Shown one piece after another: positions 17,314 to 27,202 of a DNA stretch of 64,000 nt. Position 1 is the stretch's first letter. Each line of letters starts with the position of its first letter. This DNA comes from Candidatus Moraniibacteriota bacterium (lineage in GTDB: Bacteria; Patescibacteriota; Minisyncoccia; Moranbacterales; UBA1568): contig JBAXOD010000003.1 of the NCBI GenBank assembly GCA_037133435.1, positions 9,502 to 73,501 on the forward strand, in the 5' to 3' direction. Below the pieces are notes generated by a model, which saw only the letters and a program-made list of their open reading frames with translations, searched no databases and was not told where the DNA came from. A program made the translations under genes and the position numbers.

Positions 17314-20046
17314 ATGAATGAGGAAAAACCGTTTTATCAATTGTCCGCCATGGAGGCGCTCGCCCGGTTGAAGACCTCCGCGAACGGACTGTCCGGAGCC
17401 GAGGCCGCCACACGGCAGAAACTGTACGGAAAGAACGCCATCGAGATAAAGCGTCGTTTCGTCGTGACGAAGCTCTTCGTCAAGCAGTTCAACGACGTAT
17501 TCGTGTGGATACTGGCGGTGGCCGGTGTGGCGGCGCTCGCGCTCGGCGAGTCGCGGGACGCGAACATTATCGCGATAATCATCCTTACCAACGCGGCGAT
17601 CGGGTTCTTCCAGGAATTCAAGGCGGAACGGATCATCGAGAAGCTCGCGACGTTCATCGCCGATACCGCGACCGTCATCCGCGACGGCGAGAAGCACGAG
17701 ATTCCGGTTGCGGACCTCGTTCCAGGCGATGTCGTGTTCCTCGATGCCGGATCGAGCATACCGGCGGATGCCGCCGTGCTCGAGGCGTACAACTTCAAGG
17801 TGAACAGTTTCATCTTCACCGGGGAATCGGTGCCGGAGAAACGCTTTTCCGGCGCGATGACGGGGATAGTCGCCAAAAGTGACATCAACAATCTCGTCTT
17901 CATGGGAGAATCGGTCGCGTCCGGCGAGGCTCGGGTCGTGATCTTCGCTACCGGCATCTCGACCGGACTCGGCCATATGGCCGAACTCACGCACGGGATA
18001 AAGGACATTCAGACGCCGTTGCAGAAGAAGATGGAGCGGTTCGGTCGCAGCGTGGCATTTCTCTCGATCTCGATCGGCGGCATCGTCGTCATAATCGGTC
18101 ATTATCAGCATATCCCGCTCTATCAGTCATTACTTCTCGCTTTGGCGCTTTCGGTGTCGGTGGTGCCGGAAGGATTGCCCGCGGCGCTCTCGGTCGCGTT
18201 CGCGCTCGGGATGAAACGTCTCCTGTCGAAGAACGTCCTCGCGAAGAAACTCTCGGCCGTGGAAACGCTCGGGTCGGTGTCGTTCGTGTGTACCGACAAG
18301 ACGGGTACGATCACCAAGAACGAATTGTCGGTATTGAAGATCATCCTCGGAACCGGGGAGTATGACCTGTCCGGAGCGGGATATGAACCCAAGGGCGATT
18401 TTTCACTCGATGGAAAGCTGGTGAACCCGTCCGGTATTCCGGGGGCGGAAATGTTGTTCCGCATCTGCACGCTTTGCAACGATTCGGCGCTGTCGAAAGA
18501 GGACGGGCGGTACAAGGTGACGGGCGACCCGACCGAAGGGGCGCTCATCGTCGCGGCACGGAAGTACAATTCCCGCCCCGACTTTTTCGAGATCGGCTAT
18601 CGGAAGGTCGCGGAGAACCCGTTCGAGTCGGAACGGCGTCGGATGAGCGTGGTGTATGAAAACGACGAGACGCGGTCGTATGTGAAGGGATCTCCCGAGA
18701 GTCTCTTGGACCTTTCGACAGAGTGGATCGAGAACGGCGTGCAAAAGCCGCTCACGGAAGAGGATAAGGCCCGACTCCGCGCGATCTATGAAGACCTGTC
18801 CTCGCAGGCGCTCCGGGTGCTCGGATTCGCCTATCGGGATCTCAACGGTATCTCACCGAACGCATACCCCGAGGAATCCGAACGGAATCTCGTTTGGGTC
18901 GGTATGACCGCGATGATCGATCCGCCGCGCGAGGGGATACGTGAGGCGATCGCGGAATGTCGGCTTCTCGGCGTGTCGGTCGTGATGGTGACGGGGGACT
19001 ACGAGACGACGGCCAAGGCGATCGCGAAGAAAGCAGGGTTTTTCGCGGAGGGGTCGGAAGCGATTTCCGTCAACGGGACCATATTCGACGCGCTTTCCGA
19101 TGATGCGATCCTTGCAGCCGCGAAAAAAGGCGCCGTGTTCGCGAGAATCGCGCCCGAGCAGAAGCTGCGGCTCGCGACGGTACTGCAAACTGGCGGTGAG
19201 GTGGTCGCGATGACGGGGGATGGTGTGAACGATGCTTTGGCTCTCAAGAAGGCCGATATCGGCGTCGCGATGGGCATCACCGGGACCGACGTGTCCAAGG
19301 ATGCCGCGGACATGATCCTTCTCGATGATCATTTCGCGTCCATCGTACGTGCCATACGGGAGGGGCGTCGGATCTTCGAGAACCTGCGCAAATTCACGCA
19401 TTACGTTTTCACCTCGAACGCGAGTGAGCTCTTTTCAGTACTGCTCGGGTTCCTCTTGCATATCCCGTCGCCGATCTCCGCGGTACAGATCCTCGCGATC
19501 GATCTGGCGACGGACGTTTTCCCGTCCTTCGCGCTCGGTGTGGAACCCGAGGAACCGGACTCGAAGAGTCACTCTTCTCCGGCGATGGGACGCAAGATCA
19601 TGGACGGGCGCGGCGTGATAAGGCTGCTCTCCATCGGGGCGATCATGGCGATCGGTGGCGTGACCGCGTTTCTCTTGGTGCTTGCCCGCGAAGGGTGGGC
19701 GTACGGCGACGATCTCGATCCGGTGAGTCTGCTCTATCGGCATGCGACGACCGCGACGTATGTGACGCTCGCCCTGACCCAGATGGCGAACCTGCTGCAG
19801 TCGCGGAGCGAGTCGCGTTCGTTCTTCAAGATGCCGTTTTTCTCGAACCCGATGGTCTTTATCGGTATGGGAATATCCATCATGATGCTGTTCCTGTTCA
19901 CGCAGGTGACATTTTTCCAGGACGCGCTCGGCATGGCACCGATCGAACGGATCGACTGGGCGGTGGCATGGTGCTTTACCGCACTCGTCTTCTTCTACGA
20001 GGAATCCCGCAAGCGCGGCGTTCGGAAAGCGACGGAGAATGCCTGA
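17314..20046 (+). CDS. cation-transporting P-type ATPase (P2-type, Ca2+/Mg2+-like)
   Basis: Phosphorylation motif CTDKTGTIT, hinge motif TGDGVNDALALKKADIGVAMG, about 10 TM segments. 910 aa. Confidence 0.85.
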   Translation: MNEEKPFYQLSAMEALARLKTSANGLSGAEAATRQKLYGKNAIEIKRRFVVTKLFVKQFNDVFVWILAVAGVAALALGESRDANIIAIIILTNAAIGFFQEFKAERIIEKLATFIADTATVIRDGEKHEIPVADLVPGDVVFLDAGSSIPADAAVLEAYNFKVNSFIFTGESVPEKRFSGAMTGIVAKSDINNLVFMGESVASGEARVVIFATGISTGLGHMAELTHGIKDIQTPLQKKMERFGRSVAFLSISIGGIVVIIGHYQHIPLYQSLLLALALSVSVVPEGLPAALSVAFALGMKRLLSKNVLAKKLSAVETLGSVSFVCTDKTGTITKNELSVLKIILGTGEYDLSGAGYEPKGDFSLDGKLVNPSGIPGAEMLFRICTLCNDSALSKEDGRYKVTGDPTEGALIVAARKYNSRPDFFEIGYRKVAENPFESERRRMSVVYENDETRSYVKGSPESLLDLSTEWIENGVQKPLTEEDKARLRAIYEDLSSQALRVLGFAYRDLNGISPNAYPEESERNLVWVGMTAMIDPPREGIREAIAECRLLGVSVVMVTGDYETTAKAIAKKAGFFAEGSEAISVNGTIFDALSDDAILAAAKKGAVFARIAPEQKLRLATVLQTGGEVVAMTGDGVNDALALKKADIGVAMGITGTDVSKDAADMILLDDHFASIVRAIREGRRIFENLRKFTHYVFTSNASELFSVLLGFLLHIPSPISAVQILAIDLATDVFPSFALGVEPEEPDSKSHSSPAMGRKIMDGRGVIRLLSIGAIMAIGGVTAFLLVLAREGWAYGDDLDPVSLLYRHATTATYVTLALTQMANLLQSRSESRSFFKMPFFSNPMVFIGMGISIMMLFLFTQVTFFQDALGMAPIERIDWAVAWCFTALVFFYEESRKRGVRKATENA

Positions 20047-20173
20047 GAAACGAAGTATTCGAATATTTTCTTCCGGCCAGGGATGCTGCTTGCATACCCC
20101 GGGCTTTTCTGGTAGATTCCGAGGTTGGCATATTTCAGATATTCTTTATCAATCCATAAAAAGGACGGCATAC

Positions 20174-20932
20174 ATGGCAGACCATAAGGGAAATTCGGGA
20201 AAAGGATTCATACGAAAGGATTTTCATGACAATCGGGATCCGGAACTTACATTGAAAGAGAACGGCGCATGGTTTGTGGCTGATCCGAAGTCGAATACAT
20301 TCCTAGCCGGACGTGATACATATGACGGTCCGAAGGGAAGCAGGCCACCTGTGCTTCAACGAGAACTGATCAATTTCGGATGGGCGGCGCAATGGTCGGC
20401 GGTGCTCGACTATTTCGCAGAGCTACTGAAAAAGAATGCGTTTAAGGGAAAGAAACCGTTGTTGGAGAAAGGGCCGACCGCCATCGCGTATTTGCCCGAG
20501 CATGGAGCATTCGCAGAATCCGTGTCGAGATTTTTTAAATGCGGTCTTCTGCAAGCTGTTCCCAGACATGACATCGCGAACGTGACGGAGCTGTTCTCGT
20601 TCCGGACGAATGTCGGGAAGGAAGAGCGGGTATTGATTTTGTATGAGATGCTTTCCGTTTCGGATTTCCCGGAAATAGATGCGCTTATCCGTTCCATCAC
20701 GAAACGGAAGGGAAAGGTGATCGGGATCGGTTGCGCGGTGAACGATACATTCCCGCTTCAGGACGCTTTCAAGGGAGTTCCGATCGTTTCGGTCCTTGCC
20801 CCGGGAATCGAGCGGTTTAAATTGGGAGAACAGGGTTCGTCGGATATGAACGCCGAAATTATCGGGGATCCGTATAATCCTGACGCGTGGGAGGAATTGA
20901 TTGAACCGAAGAAAAAGAAGAAAAAAGGGTGA
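20174..20932 (+). CDS. hypothetical protein
   Basis: The ORF track begins at 20039, overlapping the ATPase gene. The likely ATG is at 20174 (MADHKGNSGKG...). Lys-rich C-terminus. No family recognised. Confidence 0.4.
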   Translation: MADHKGNSGKGFIRKDFHDNRDPELTLKENGAWFVADPKSNTFLAGRDTYDGPKGSRPPVLQRELINFGWAAQWSAVLDYFAELLKKNAFKGKKPLLEKGPTAIAYLPEHGAFAESVSRFFKCGLLQAVPRHDIANVTELFSFRTNVGKEERVLILYEMLSVSDFPEIDALIRSITKRKGKVIGIGCAVNDTFPLQDAFKGVPIVSVLAPGIERFKLGEQGSSDMNAEIIGDPYNPDAWEELIEPKKKKKKG

Positions 20933-20948
20933 AGCAAGGAGTGTGAAT

Positions 20949-20976
20949 GGACGACTTTCAACGGTCGTCCTTTTTA
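20949..20976 (+). terminator. Rho-independent terminator
   Basis: ggacgac-tttcaac-ggtcgtcc followed by ttttt, immediately after the 20174..20932 gene. Confidence 0.55.
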
Positions 20977-21114
20977 TTTCGTCTGACTTTCACCCCGATA
21001 CGGCACATCGATCGGAGAGATGTCGGTTGTAATGAAAATCCATCGTCTAGATTCAACGCTCGTTCCGTGGTATATTTCACGGTAGAGTCGATGTTCTAGA
21101 GGGAAACATTCTAC

Positions 21115-21327
21115 ATGGATATGTCAACGACAGCATTCGGTATCATCGCGATTCTCGTACTGCTGGTGTTCGCCTGGCCACGTGCCCGGGCGTTCTTTTC
21201 ACAGCCCTCGTTGTTGGTCCTTTCGATCGCCTTCGTTGTGGCGATTCTTGCGGTAACGGTCATCATCCCTGAGACGCAGCGGTATGGAGGGGAGCTTACT
21301 AATGCATCGACAGGCGATGCGGGATAG
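21115..21327 (+). CDS. small hypothetical membrane protein
   Basis: 70-aa ORF with two hydrophobic helices. Weak support. Confidence 0.3.
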   Translation: MDMSTTAFGIIAILVLLVFAWPRARAFFSQPSLLVLSIAFVVAILAVTVIIPETQRYGGELTNASTGDAG

Positions 21328-21461
21328 AAGATGAATCTTTCGCTCGTCGTTTCTGTTCAACGAAATCCGACGTTAACCCTGGAAAGGTTGAAACATTTCC
21401 GAACGATCAGCTATTCAAACAGAGTTAAAATGAATCGTCTCACCGAATTAGAGGCGATTTT

Positions 21462-21490
21462 TTGACTTTCGGCTTGAGACGGGGTAGATT
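21462..21490 (+). promoter_or_regulatory. sigma70-like promoter (TTGACT-N17-TAGATT)
   Basis: Read directly about 300 bp upstream of glyQS. The same TTGACT core recurs in the atp promoter and inside the MITE. Confidence 0.4.
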
Positions 21491-21508
21491 TGAAGGGAAA
21501 GAAGGGTA

Positions 21509-21666
21509 TTTCGATACGGCGTTGTTGAATAATTCATTTAGCTTTAATAAGCCTTAAAATGTCATTTAATTTTTCAGACATCACTATTTATTGATAATTT
21601 TTTGACTTTTTACGAAAATAACAGCTTAGATAAAGGTTCGAATTATTCAACAACGCCTTTCGATAC
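21509..21666. mobile_element. MITE-like element: 18-bp terminal inverted repeats flanked by a 9-bp direct duplication (TTTCGATAC)
   Basis: Left TIR ggcgttgttgaataattc (about 21518-21535) and right TIR gaattattcaacaacgcc (about 21640-21657) are perfect reverse complements. The AT-rich ~100-bp interior contains a TTGACT box. An identical tttcgatac lies immediately outside both TIRs. Confidence 0.5.
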
Positions 21667-21793
21667 TATAAATCGGGAGTCTCCCACCCCTCAGTCATGA
21701 ATACATGACAGCTCCCCTCGGGCAGCCCGCCCGTATCACTACGTGAAACGTTGTGGACAGGGGGAGCAGGAACGTACTATAACGATATTTCTA

Positions 21794-23283
21794 TGGCGCA
21801 GATAGAGAACCTGATGGATAAGCTGGTTTCGCTTTCGAAAAGGCGCGGGTTCGTATTCCCGAGTTCGGAGATCTATGGCGGGTTCGCGGCGGTGTATGAT
21901 TTCGGACCGTACGGGGTTGAGCTTGCCCGCAATATCCGCGAAGCATGGTGGCAGGCCATGGTGCGCGAGCACGAGAATATCGTCGGTCTCGACAGTGCGA
22001 TTTTCATGCATCCGAAAGTCTGGGAGGCGTCGGGGCATGTCGGCGGATTCAGCGACCCTTTGGCCGAGTGCCGCAAGTGTCACTCGCGATTGCGGGTGGA
22101 TCATCTCCTCGAGGAGGCGGGCGTGTTCGCCGACGAAAAGATGAGCGAGGAAGAAATCAACGCGCTCTTCTCGGAACACAAAGGAAAAGTAGTCTGCCCC
22201 AAATGCGGTGGGCATGATTTCACCGAGGCGAAGAGCTTCAACTTGCTCGTGAAATCCAACCTCGGCAATTTCACCGGCGACTGGGACAAGGATCCTGCCC
22301 GCAATGCTACGGAGCATAACGTTGCAGGCGGGGCGACTTATCTGCGTGGTGAGACGTGCCAGGGCATCTACGTCAATTTCAAGAATGTGCTCGATTCGAC
22401 CCGCATGAAGGTGCCGTTCGGTATCGCACAGATCGGCAAGGCGTTCCGAAACGAGATCACCGCCCGGCAGTTCATCTTCCGCAAGCGCGAGTTCGAGCAG
22501 ATGGAGATGCAGTTCTTCGTGCATCCGGACACGGCTACGGAATTTTATGAAAAATGGCGGGCAAAACGTTTTCAGTATTATATCGACCTTGGACTCAAAC
22601 CGGAGAATTTGCAGTGGCACCAGCACGAGAACCTCGTGTTCTATGCGAAGGCGGCATGGGATATCGAGTACCGGTTCCCGTTCGGATTCAAGGAGCTCGA
22701 AGGTGTGCACAACCGGAGCAATTATGATCTGACCCAGCATTCGAAGTTCTCGGGCGTCGATCTTTCCTATCGCGACCCGCTGACGGGGGAGAAGTATATC
22801 CCGTGGATCGTCGAGACATCCGTCGGTGTGGATCGGACCTTTCTCGCCGTGCTGACCGACGCGTATACCGAAGAAGTAATCCGACCCGCCCACAATCCTT
22901 CGGATAGTGAGGCGGGCAGGGGAGTGGAAGACGAAATCAGGGTGGTGTTGAAGTTTCCGAAAAAACTCGCGCCGGTCAAGGTCGCGGTGTTCCCGCTCCT
23001 TCGCAACAAGCCCGAGCTCGTGGCTGCGGCACGCGCGATTTTCGATTCGCTCAAGGGCGATTTCGCCACCGAGTACGACGACAACGGAAATGTCGGCAAG
23101 CGCTATCGAAGACAGGACGAGATCGGCACGCCGTACTGCGTGACCGTCGACTTCGACACGGTCGGACTCGGTGAGGACCCGTCGCTCAAGGACACTGTCA
23201 CCGTGCGAGATCGCGACACGATGGAACAGATCCGTATCCCGGTTTCCGAGTTGCGCGCGTATGTCTCGGAGAATCTGAAATAG
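21794..23283 (+). CDS. glyQS: glycyl-tRNA synthetase (dimeric class II)
   Basis: The ORF track starts at 21751; the likely ATG is at about 21794 (MAQIENLMDKL...). Class II motifs and the archaeal/eukaryote-type GlyRS layout (FRNEITARQFIFRKREFEQMEMQFF, GIAQIGKAFRNE). Contains an in-frame hairpin-element insertion. Confidence 0.85.
22885..22918 (+). repeat. palindromic hairpin element inserted in-frame in glyQS
   Basis: cccgcccacaatccttcggatagtgaggcgggcagg encodes PAHNPSDSEAGRG. Arms GCCCGCC/GGCGGGC. Confidence 0.5.
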
Positions 23284-23284
23284 T

Positions 23285-23719
23285 ATGTTCAAGGAATTGT
23301 CGAAAAATATTTTTCTCAATAAGGAATTACAATACGAAGTTCCTACAAGAAAACTTCCATTTATAATACGAATATCAGGGAATAATGTTGAAATAAACGT
23401 GGAATATAAAATCGAGCCGGAACGAATTGTCGGTATCTGTGGAGAGTGCGGAGAGGAGAACAAAATTCTTTTTCGTGAGAAAGTTTCCGGTGAGCCGGTT
23501 GTGATATCCGAAAATCAGGAAGCTATTGTTGTGGCTCAGGAAAAAATTCGTGAATTGGTCGAGGGAGTAGAAAATAATATGCTCTGTTGTGAGGATTGCT
23601 TTACGGAAGAATTCCGGGCGAATCGTCCGAAGCGGTATCTGGAAGCCATGCGAACCGTTTCTCAGGAGCTGGAAATTTCGATTGATATGAAAAAACTGGA
23701 AAGCGCCATATCGGGATGA
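23285..23719 (+). CDS. hypothetical protein (AT-rich, Cys-containing)
   Basis: 144 aa with a CGECGEEN...CCEDCF pattern. Lower GC than its surroundings. No family recognised. Confidence 0.4.
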   Translation: MFKELSKNIFLNKELQYEVPTRKLPFIIRISGNNVEINVEYKIEPERIVGICGECGEENKILFREKVSGEPVVISENQEAIVVAQEKIRELVEGVENNMLCCEDCFTEEFRANRPKRYLEAMRTVSQELEISIDMKKLESAISG

Positions 23720-24558
23720 GTCCCATGAAATTGAAGCATATGGAGCCGACGCAGATCGCGATATTCAAGAGGAAGGAGATACGTAAGACGCTCCATGAGG
23801 GGGAATGGTGGTTTTCGGCTTCCGATGTCGTATTCGCATTGACGGATTCTTTGAATTCGACAGACTATATCAAGAAAATGAGGCTTAGGGATGCGGAGCT
23901 GAGCAAAGGGTGGGGACAAATTGTCACCCCCCTTTGGTTGGAAACGGAAGGGGGTCGGCAGAAGGTGAATTGCGCGAATACCGAGGGTATATTCCGTATC
24001 ATTCAGTCCATCTCGTCGCCGAAAGCGGAGCCGTTCAAGCGATGGTTGGCGAAGGTCGGCTATGAGCGGGTGCAGGAGATCGAAAATCCGGAACTGGCGA
24101 CGAAACGGACTCGCGCGCTCTATAAACTGAAAGGATATCCGGACGAATGGATTGAGAAGCGGATGCGTGGCATCGCGATTCGTGAAGAGCTGACCGACGA
24201 ATGGCAGAAGCGTGGAGCGAAACGCCCCGATGACTACGAAATCCTCACTGCAGAAATCTCGAAGGCGACGTTTGGGGTGACGCCGACGGAATACAAGAAA
24301 CTGAAGGGACTGAAGCGGGAGAATCTTCGGGACCACATGGACGATTTTGAACTGATTTTCACGATGCTCGGCGAGCGGTCGACAACGGAAATTCATCGGG
24401 TTGAGGATTCGAAGGGCGTTCGAAAACTGAAAAGTGACGCGAAAGCCGGTGGAACAATCGCTGGTGGGGCGAGGAAACAACTTGAGAAACGGCTCGGCCG
24501 ATCGGTTGTTACGCCGAAGAATTTCAAGGACGCTGTTAGTAAGAAGAAACTGAAATAA
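23716..24558 (+). CDS. Bro-N domain protein (phage antirepressor / DinD-like)
   Basis: N-terminal IAIFKRKEIRKTLHEGEWWFSASDVVFALTDS... resembles the Bro-N fold. Overlaps the upstream gene by 4 bp. AT-richer than the genome background. Confidence 0.45.
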   Translation: MSPMKLKHMEPTQIAIFKRKEIRKTLHEGEWWFSASDVVFALTDSLNSTDYIKKMRLRDAELSKGWGQIVTPLWLETEGGRQKVNCANTEGIFRIIQSISSPKAEPFKRWLAKVGYERVQEIENPELATKRTRALYKLKGYPDEWIEKRMRGIAIREELTDEWQKRGAKRPDDYEILTAEISKATFGVTPTEYKKLKGLKRENLRDHMDDFELIFTMLGERSTTEIHRVEDSKGVRKLKSDAKAGGTIAGGARKQLEKRLGRSVVTPKNFKDAVSKKKLK

Positions 24559-24682
24559 TATCGGATTAATGCCAGTGCTAAGAAATCAATTCCCTCAGTC
24601 TCCCTGCCCGAAATGCTATCGTTGCAGGCGGGCGCGAGGATTTGCGTCTGCGAAAATCCGTGGCGGTCCATGACCGGGTCTT

Positions 24683-24839
24683 AGAGCCTATCCGTTAGGG
24701 TCTCCGTCACGAGCCGTACAATCTTCGAGCGGAAAGGCGGGTAACCCGCGGAGCCCTATCGAGATAAGGCGACAAGGGGTACGCGCGTGTACGCCGAAGA
24801 TCGTAGGCGAAGTAGGTATGTTCCTAACGGATAGGCTCT
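24683..24839. other. 157-bp GC-rich element closed by perfect 17-bp inverted repeats (AGAGCCTATCCGTTAGG / CCTAACGGATAGGCTCT); candidate structured ncRNA or MITE
   Basis: The inverted repeats were read directly. The ~123-bp interior has several nested hairpins (e.g. ggcgggtaacccgc, gtacgcgcgtgtacgc). No target-site duplication seen. No match to RNase P, SRP, 6S or tmRNA cores that I can recognise. Confidence 0.4.
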
Positions 24840-24846
24840 CAATACT

Positions 24847-24907
24847 GGATTGCCACCCCGGCATACGCAGGGCAAGCTGCCCGAGTACGGGCTCGCAAAG
24901 ACAGACG
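24847..24907 (+). repeat. extended copy of the GGATTGC...CTCGCAAAGACAGA hairpin repeat
   Basis: ggattgccaccccggcatacgcagggcaagctgcccgagtacgggctcgcaaagacagacg. Confidence 0.5.
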
Positions 24908-25082
24908 TAAGGGACTACGTTCCCAATGGTAAGGAGTTTCAGTCCCTTCTATCTATAAGGTACCAGCAAATAGTATTCGGTATATACGTTATCCTTGCAG
25001 TCATGATGTGATTGTGCCAAGATGAAGTGTTTCACGTTCCCATTCATTATTCATAATTCCTTATTCCTAATTCCGCACCGAT

Positions 25083-26384
25083 ATGAAGTACAAGAAATTC
25101 ACCTTGGAGAACGGCCTGCGCGTGATACTCGCCCCGATGACAGAGACGGGGACGGCGACCGTGCTCGTGATGACCGGTGTCGGATCCCGTTTCGAAACGC
25201 GTAAGGAGAACGGCATCGCGCACTTCCTCGAACACATGATGTTCAAAGGGACGACGAAACGACCGACCGCATTCGACATCTCACGCGAGCTCGATTCGAT
25301 TGGCGCCGAGTACAATGCGTTCACAGGCAAGGAATATACCGGATACTACGCCAAGGTGGAGGCGCATCATTGGGAAACAGCACTCGACGTGGTCTCCGAC
25401 ATGTTCCTCAACGCGAAGATCGACCAAGACGAGATCGATCGCGAGCGGGGGACGATCATCCAGGAAATCAACATGTACGAGGATATGCCGGCACGCAAGG
25501 TGGGCGATTTCTGGGAAGAGCATCTTTACGGTGATACTCCGCTCGGATGGGACATCGCCGGACCGAAGGAAAATATCAAGGCGTTCAATCGTCGTGATTT
25601 CGTGAAGTATATGGAACGCGGTTATGTCGGCGGGAACGTCGTCGTCGGTATCGCGGGCAATATCGATCCGAAAAAAGTGATGGCTGAAGTCGAGGCCCGG
25701 TTCGGTGTCGTGAAAACAGGTGCACGTCCGGAATTCAAAAAGGCCTCCGATCGGCAGTCGGCACCGGGCGTTTTCATTCACAAGAAGAAGACCGATCAGA
25801 CACATTTCCTCTTAGGTGTCCGCGGGTATGATATGTATCACCCGGACCGTTTCGCTCTCGGCATCCTCTCTGTCATTCTTGGCGGTGGTATGTCGAGCCG
25901 TCTCTTCATCGAAGTGAGGGAGCGACGTGGTCTCGCATACCGGGTCCGTACCGAGGTGGAATCGTTCCATGATGCCGGGTATATCGCCACGCAGTGTGGC
26001 GTCGAACACGTGAATCTCGAGAAGGCGATCGCGGTCATTCTCGACGAGTACAAGAAGATCGCGACCGAGAAGGTCGGTAAGGATGAACTTCGCAAGGCCA
26101 AGGAATATATCAAAGGTGGCCTCGCTATGGGACTCGAGGGATCCGACGAGGTCGTGGAGTATCTCGTCTCGCAGGAAATACTCAAGAGCGAGATCGTACT
26201 GCCGAAAGACAAAGTCCGCGCGATCGAGCGGGTGACGGCTGACGACGTACTCCGTGTCGCGCAGGATCTTTTCCGCAACGACCGGCTGAACCTTGCGATC
26301 GTCGGTCCGCAGGACGCCCGTAAGAAGGCGAAACTCGAGAAGATGATGGACCTTAGAATCAGTAGTATAGTAAGTAGCGTGTAG
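25083..26384 (+). CDS. M16 family zinc peptidase (insulinase/pitrilysin-like)
   Basis: Inverted zinc motif HFLEHMMFKGT (HxxEH) plus glutamate further downstream. 433 aa. Confidence 0.8.
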   Translation: MKYKKFTLENGLRVILAPMTETGTATVLVMTGVGSRFETRKENGIAHFLEHMMFKGTTKRPTAFDISRELDSIGAEYNAFTGKEYTGYYAKVEAHHWETALDVVSDMFLNAKIDQDEIDRERGTIIQEINMYEDMPARKVGDFWEEHLYGDTPLGWDIAGPKENIKAFNRRDFVKYMERGYVGGNVVVGIAGNIDPKKVMAEVEARFGVVKTGARPEFKKASDRQSAPGVFIHKKKTDQTHFLLGVRGYDMYHPDRFALGILSVILGGGMSSRLFIEVRERRGLAYRVRTEVESFHDAGYIATQCGVEHVNLEKAIAVILDEYKKIATEKVGKDELRKAKEYIKGGLAMGLEGSDEVVEYLVSQEILKSEIVLPKDKVRAIERVTADDVLRVAQDLFRNDRLNLAIVGPQDARKKAKLEKMMDLRISSIVSSV

Positions 26385-26512
26385 ATAGTGGTGGGGAATA
26401 TTCATTGTTGGGGCTGTCGCTAAAGATGAATTATTCGGTTAACGGGTTCACGTGTTAACGGGTTAAGAAAGAAGGGAGACAGACAGGCTTGTCTTTTTGC
26501 TGATGTATATAT

Positions 26513-27202
26513 ATGGGAACCTTGTATCTCGTGGCGACACCAATCGGGAATATGGAAGACATCACGCTCCGGGCGCTTCGCGTGCTCGGGGAATGTGATG
26601 CGGTGCTCGCCGAAGATACGCGCGTGACGCGGCGGTTGCTTGATCGGCACGGCGTCGGGAAGCCGTCGATATCGTGCCATGAGCATACCGACGTGACAAA
26701 GCTCGCGTCGCTTGTTGCCCGTTTGAAAGCGGGGGAATCATTCTCATACGTGACGGACGCCGGTACGCCGGGACTTTCCGATCCGGGAAACCGGCTCGTT
26801 TCCCTCGCGCTTGAAGCGGGCGTCACAGTCGTTCCCGTACCTGGACCGTCCGCTCTCGGAGCGATCGTGTCGGTCGCTGGAATAGATATGCGTGAATTCA
26901 CATTCAAGGGATTTCCACCTCACAAGAAGGGGCGTGAGACATTTTTCCGATATGTCGCGGAATCAGAATTGCCTGTGATCTACTATGAGTCGCCGCACAG
27001 GGTCCTGAAGAATCTCAGTTTACTTGCTTCGTTTTCCCCGGAGAAACGGATTATTCTCGGACGTGAGTTGACCAAGATGTTCGAAGAGACCGTTCGTGGA
27101 ACCGTGAGCGAGGTCCTTGCTCGATTTGAATCCGAACCGACCAAAGTGAAAGGCGAATTCGTCATTATCGCGTATAATGGGAGTAGAGAAAAAAATATAT
27201 GA
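26513..27202 (+). CDS. rsmI: 16S rRNA (cytidine1402-2'-O)-methyltransferase
   Basis: LYLVATPIGNMEDITLRALRVLGECDAVLAEDTR... is the canonical RsmI N-terminus. 229 aa. The stop overlaps the metG start. Confidence 0.8.
   Translation: MGTLYLVATPIGNMEDITLRALRVLGECDAVLAEDTRVTRRLLDRHGVGKPSISCHEHTDVTKLASLVARLKAGESFSYVTDAGTPGLSDPGNRLVSLALEAGVTVVPVPGPSALGAIVSVAGIDMREFTFKGFPPHKKGRETFFRYVAESELPVIYYESPHRVLKNLSLLASFSPEKRIILGRELTKMFEETVRGTVSEVLARFESEPTKVKGEFVIIAYNGSREKNI

Noticed and set aside
24560-25080. RNase P RNA, SRP RNA or 6S RNA in the 520-bp gap
   Set aside because: The terminal 17-bp helix is suggestive. But the region is too short for RNase P and lacks its conserved P4 sequences, and no SRP domain IV (GGUCCGGAAGGAAGCAGC-like) motif is present. 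I kept it only as an unclassified IR-bounded element.
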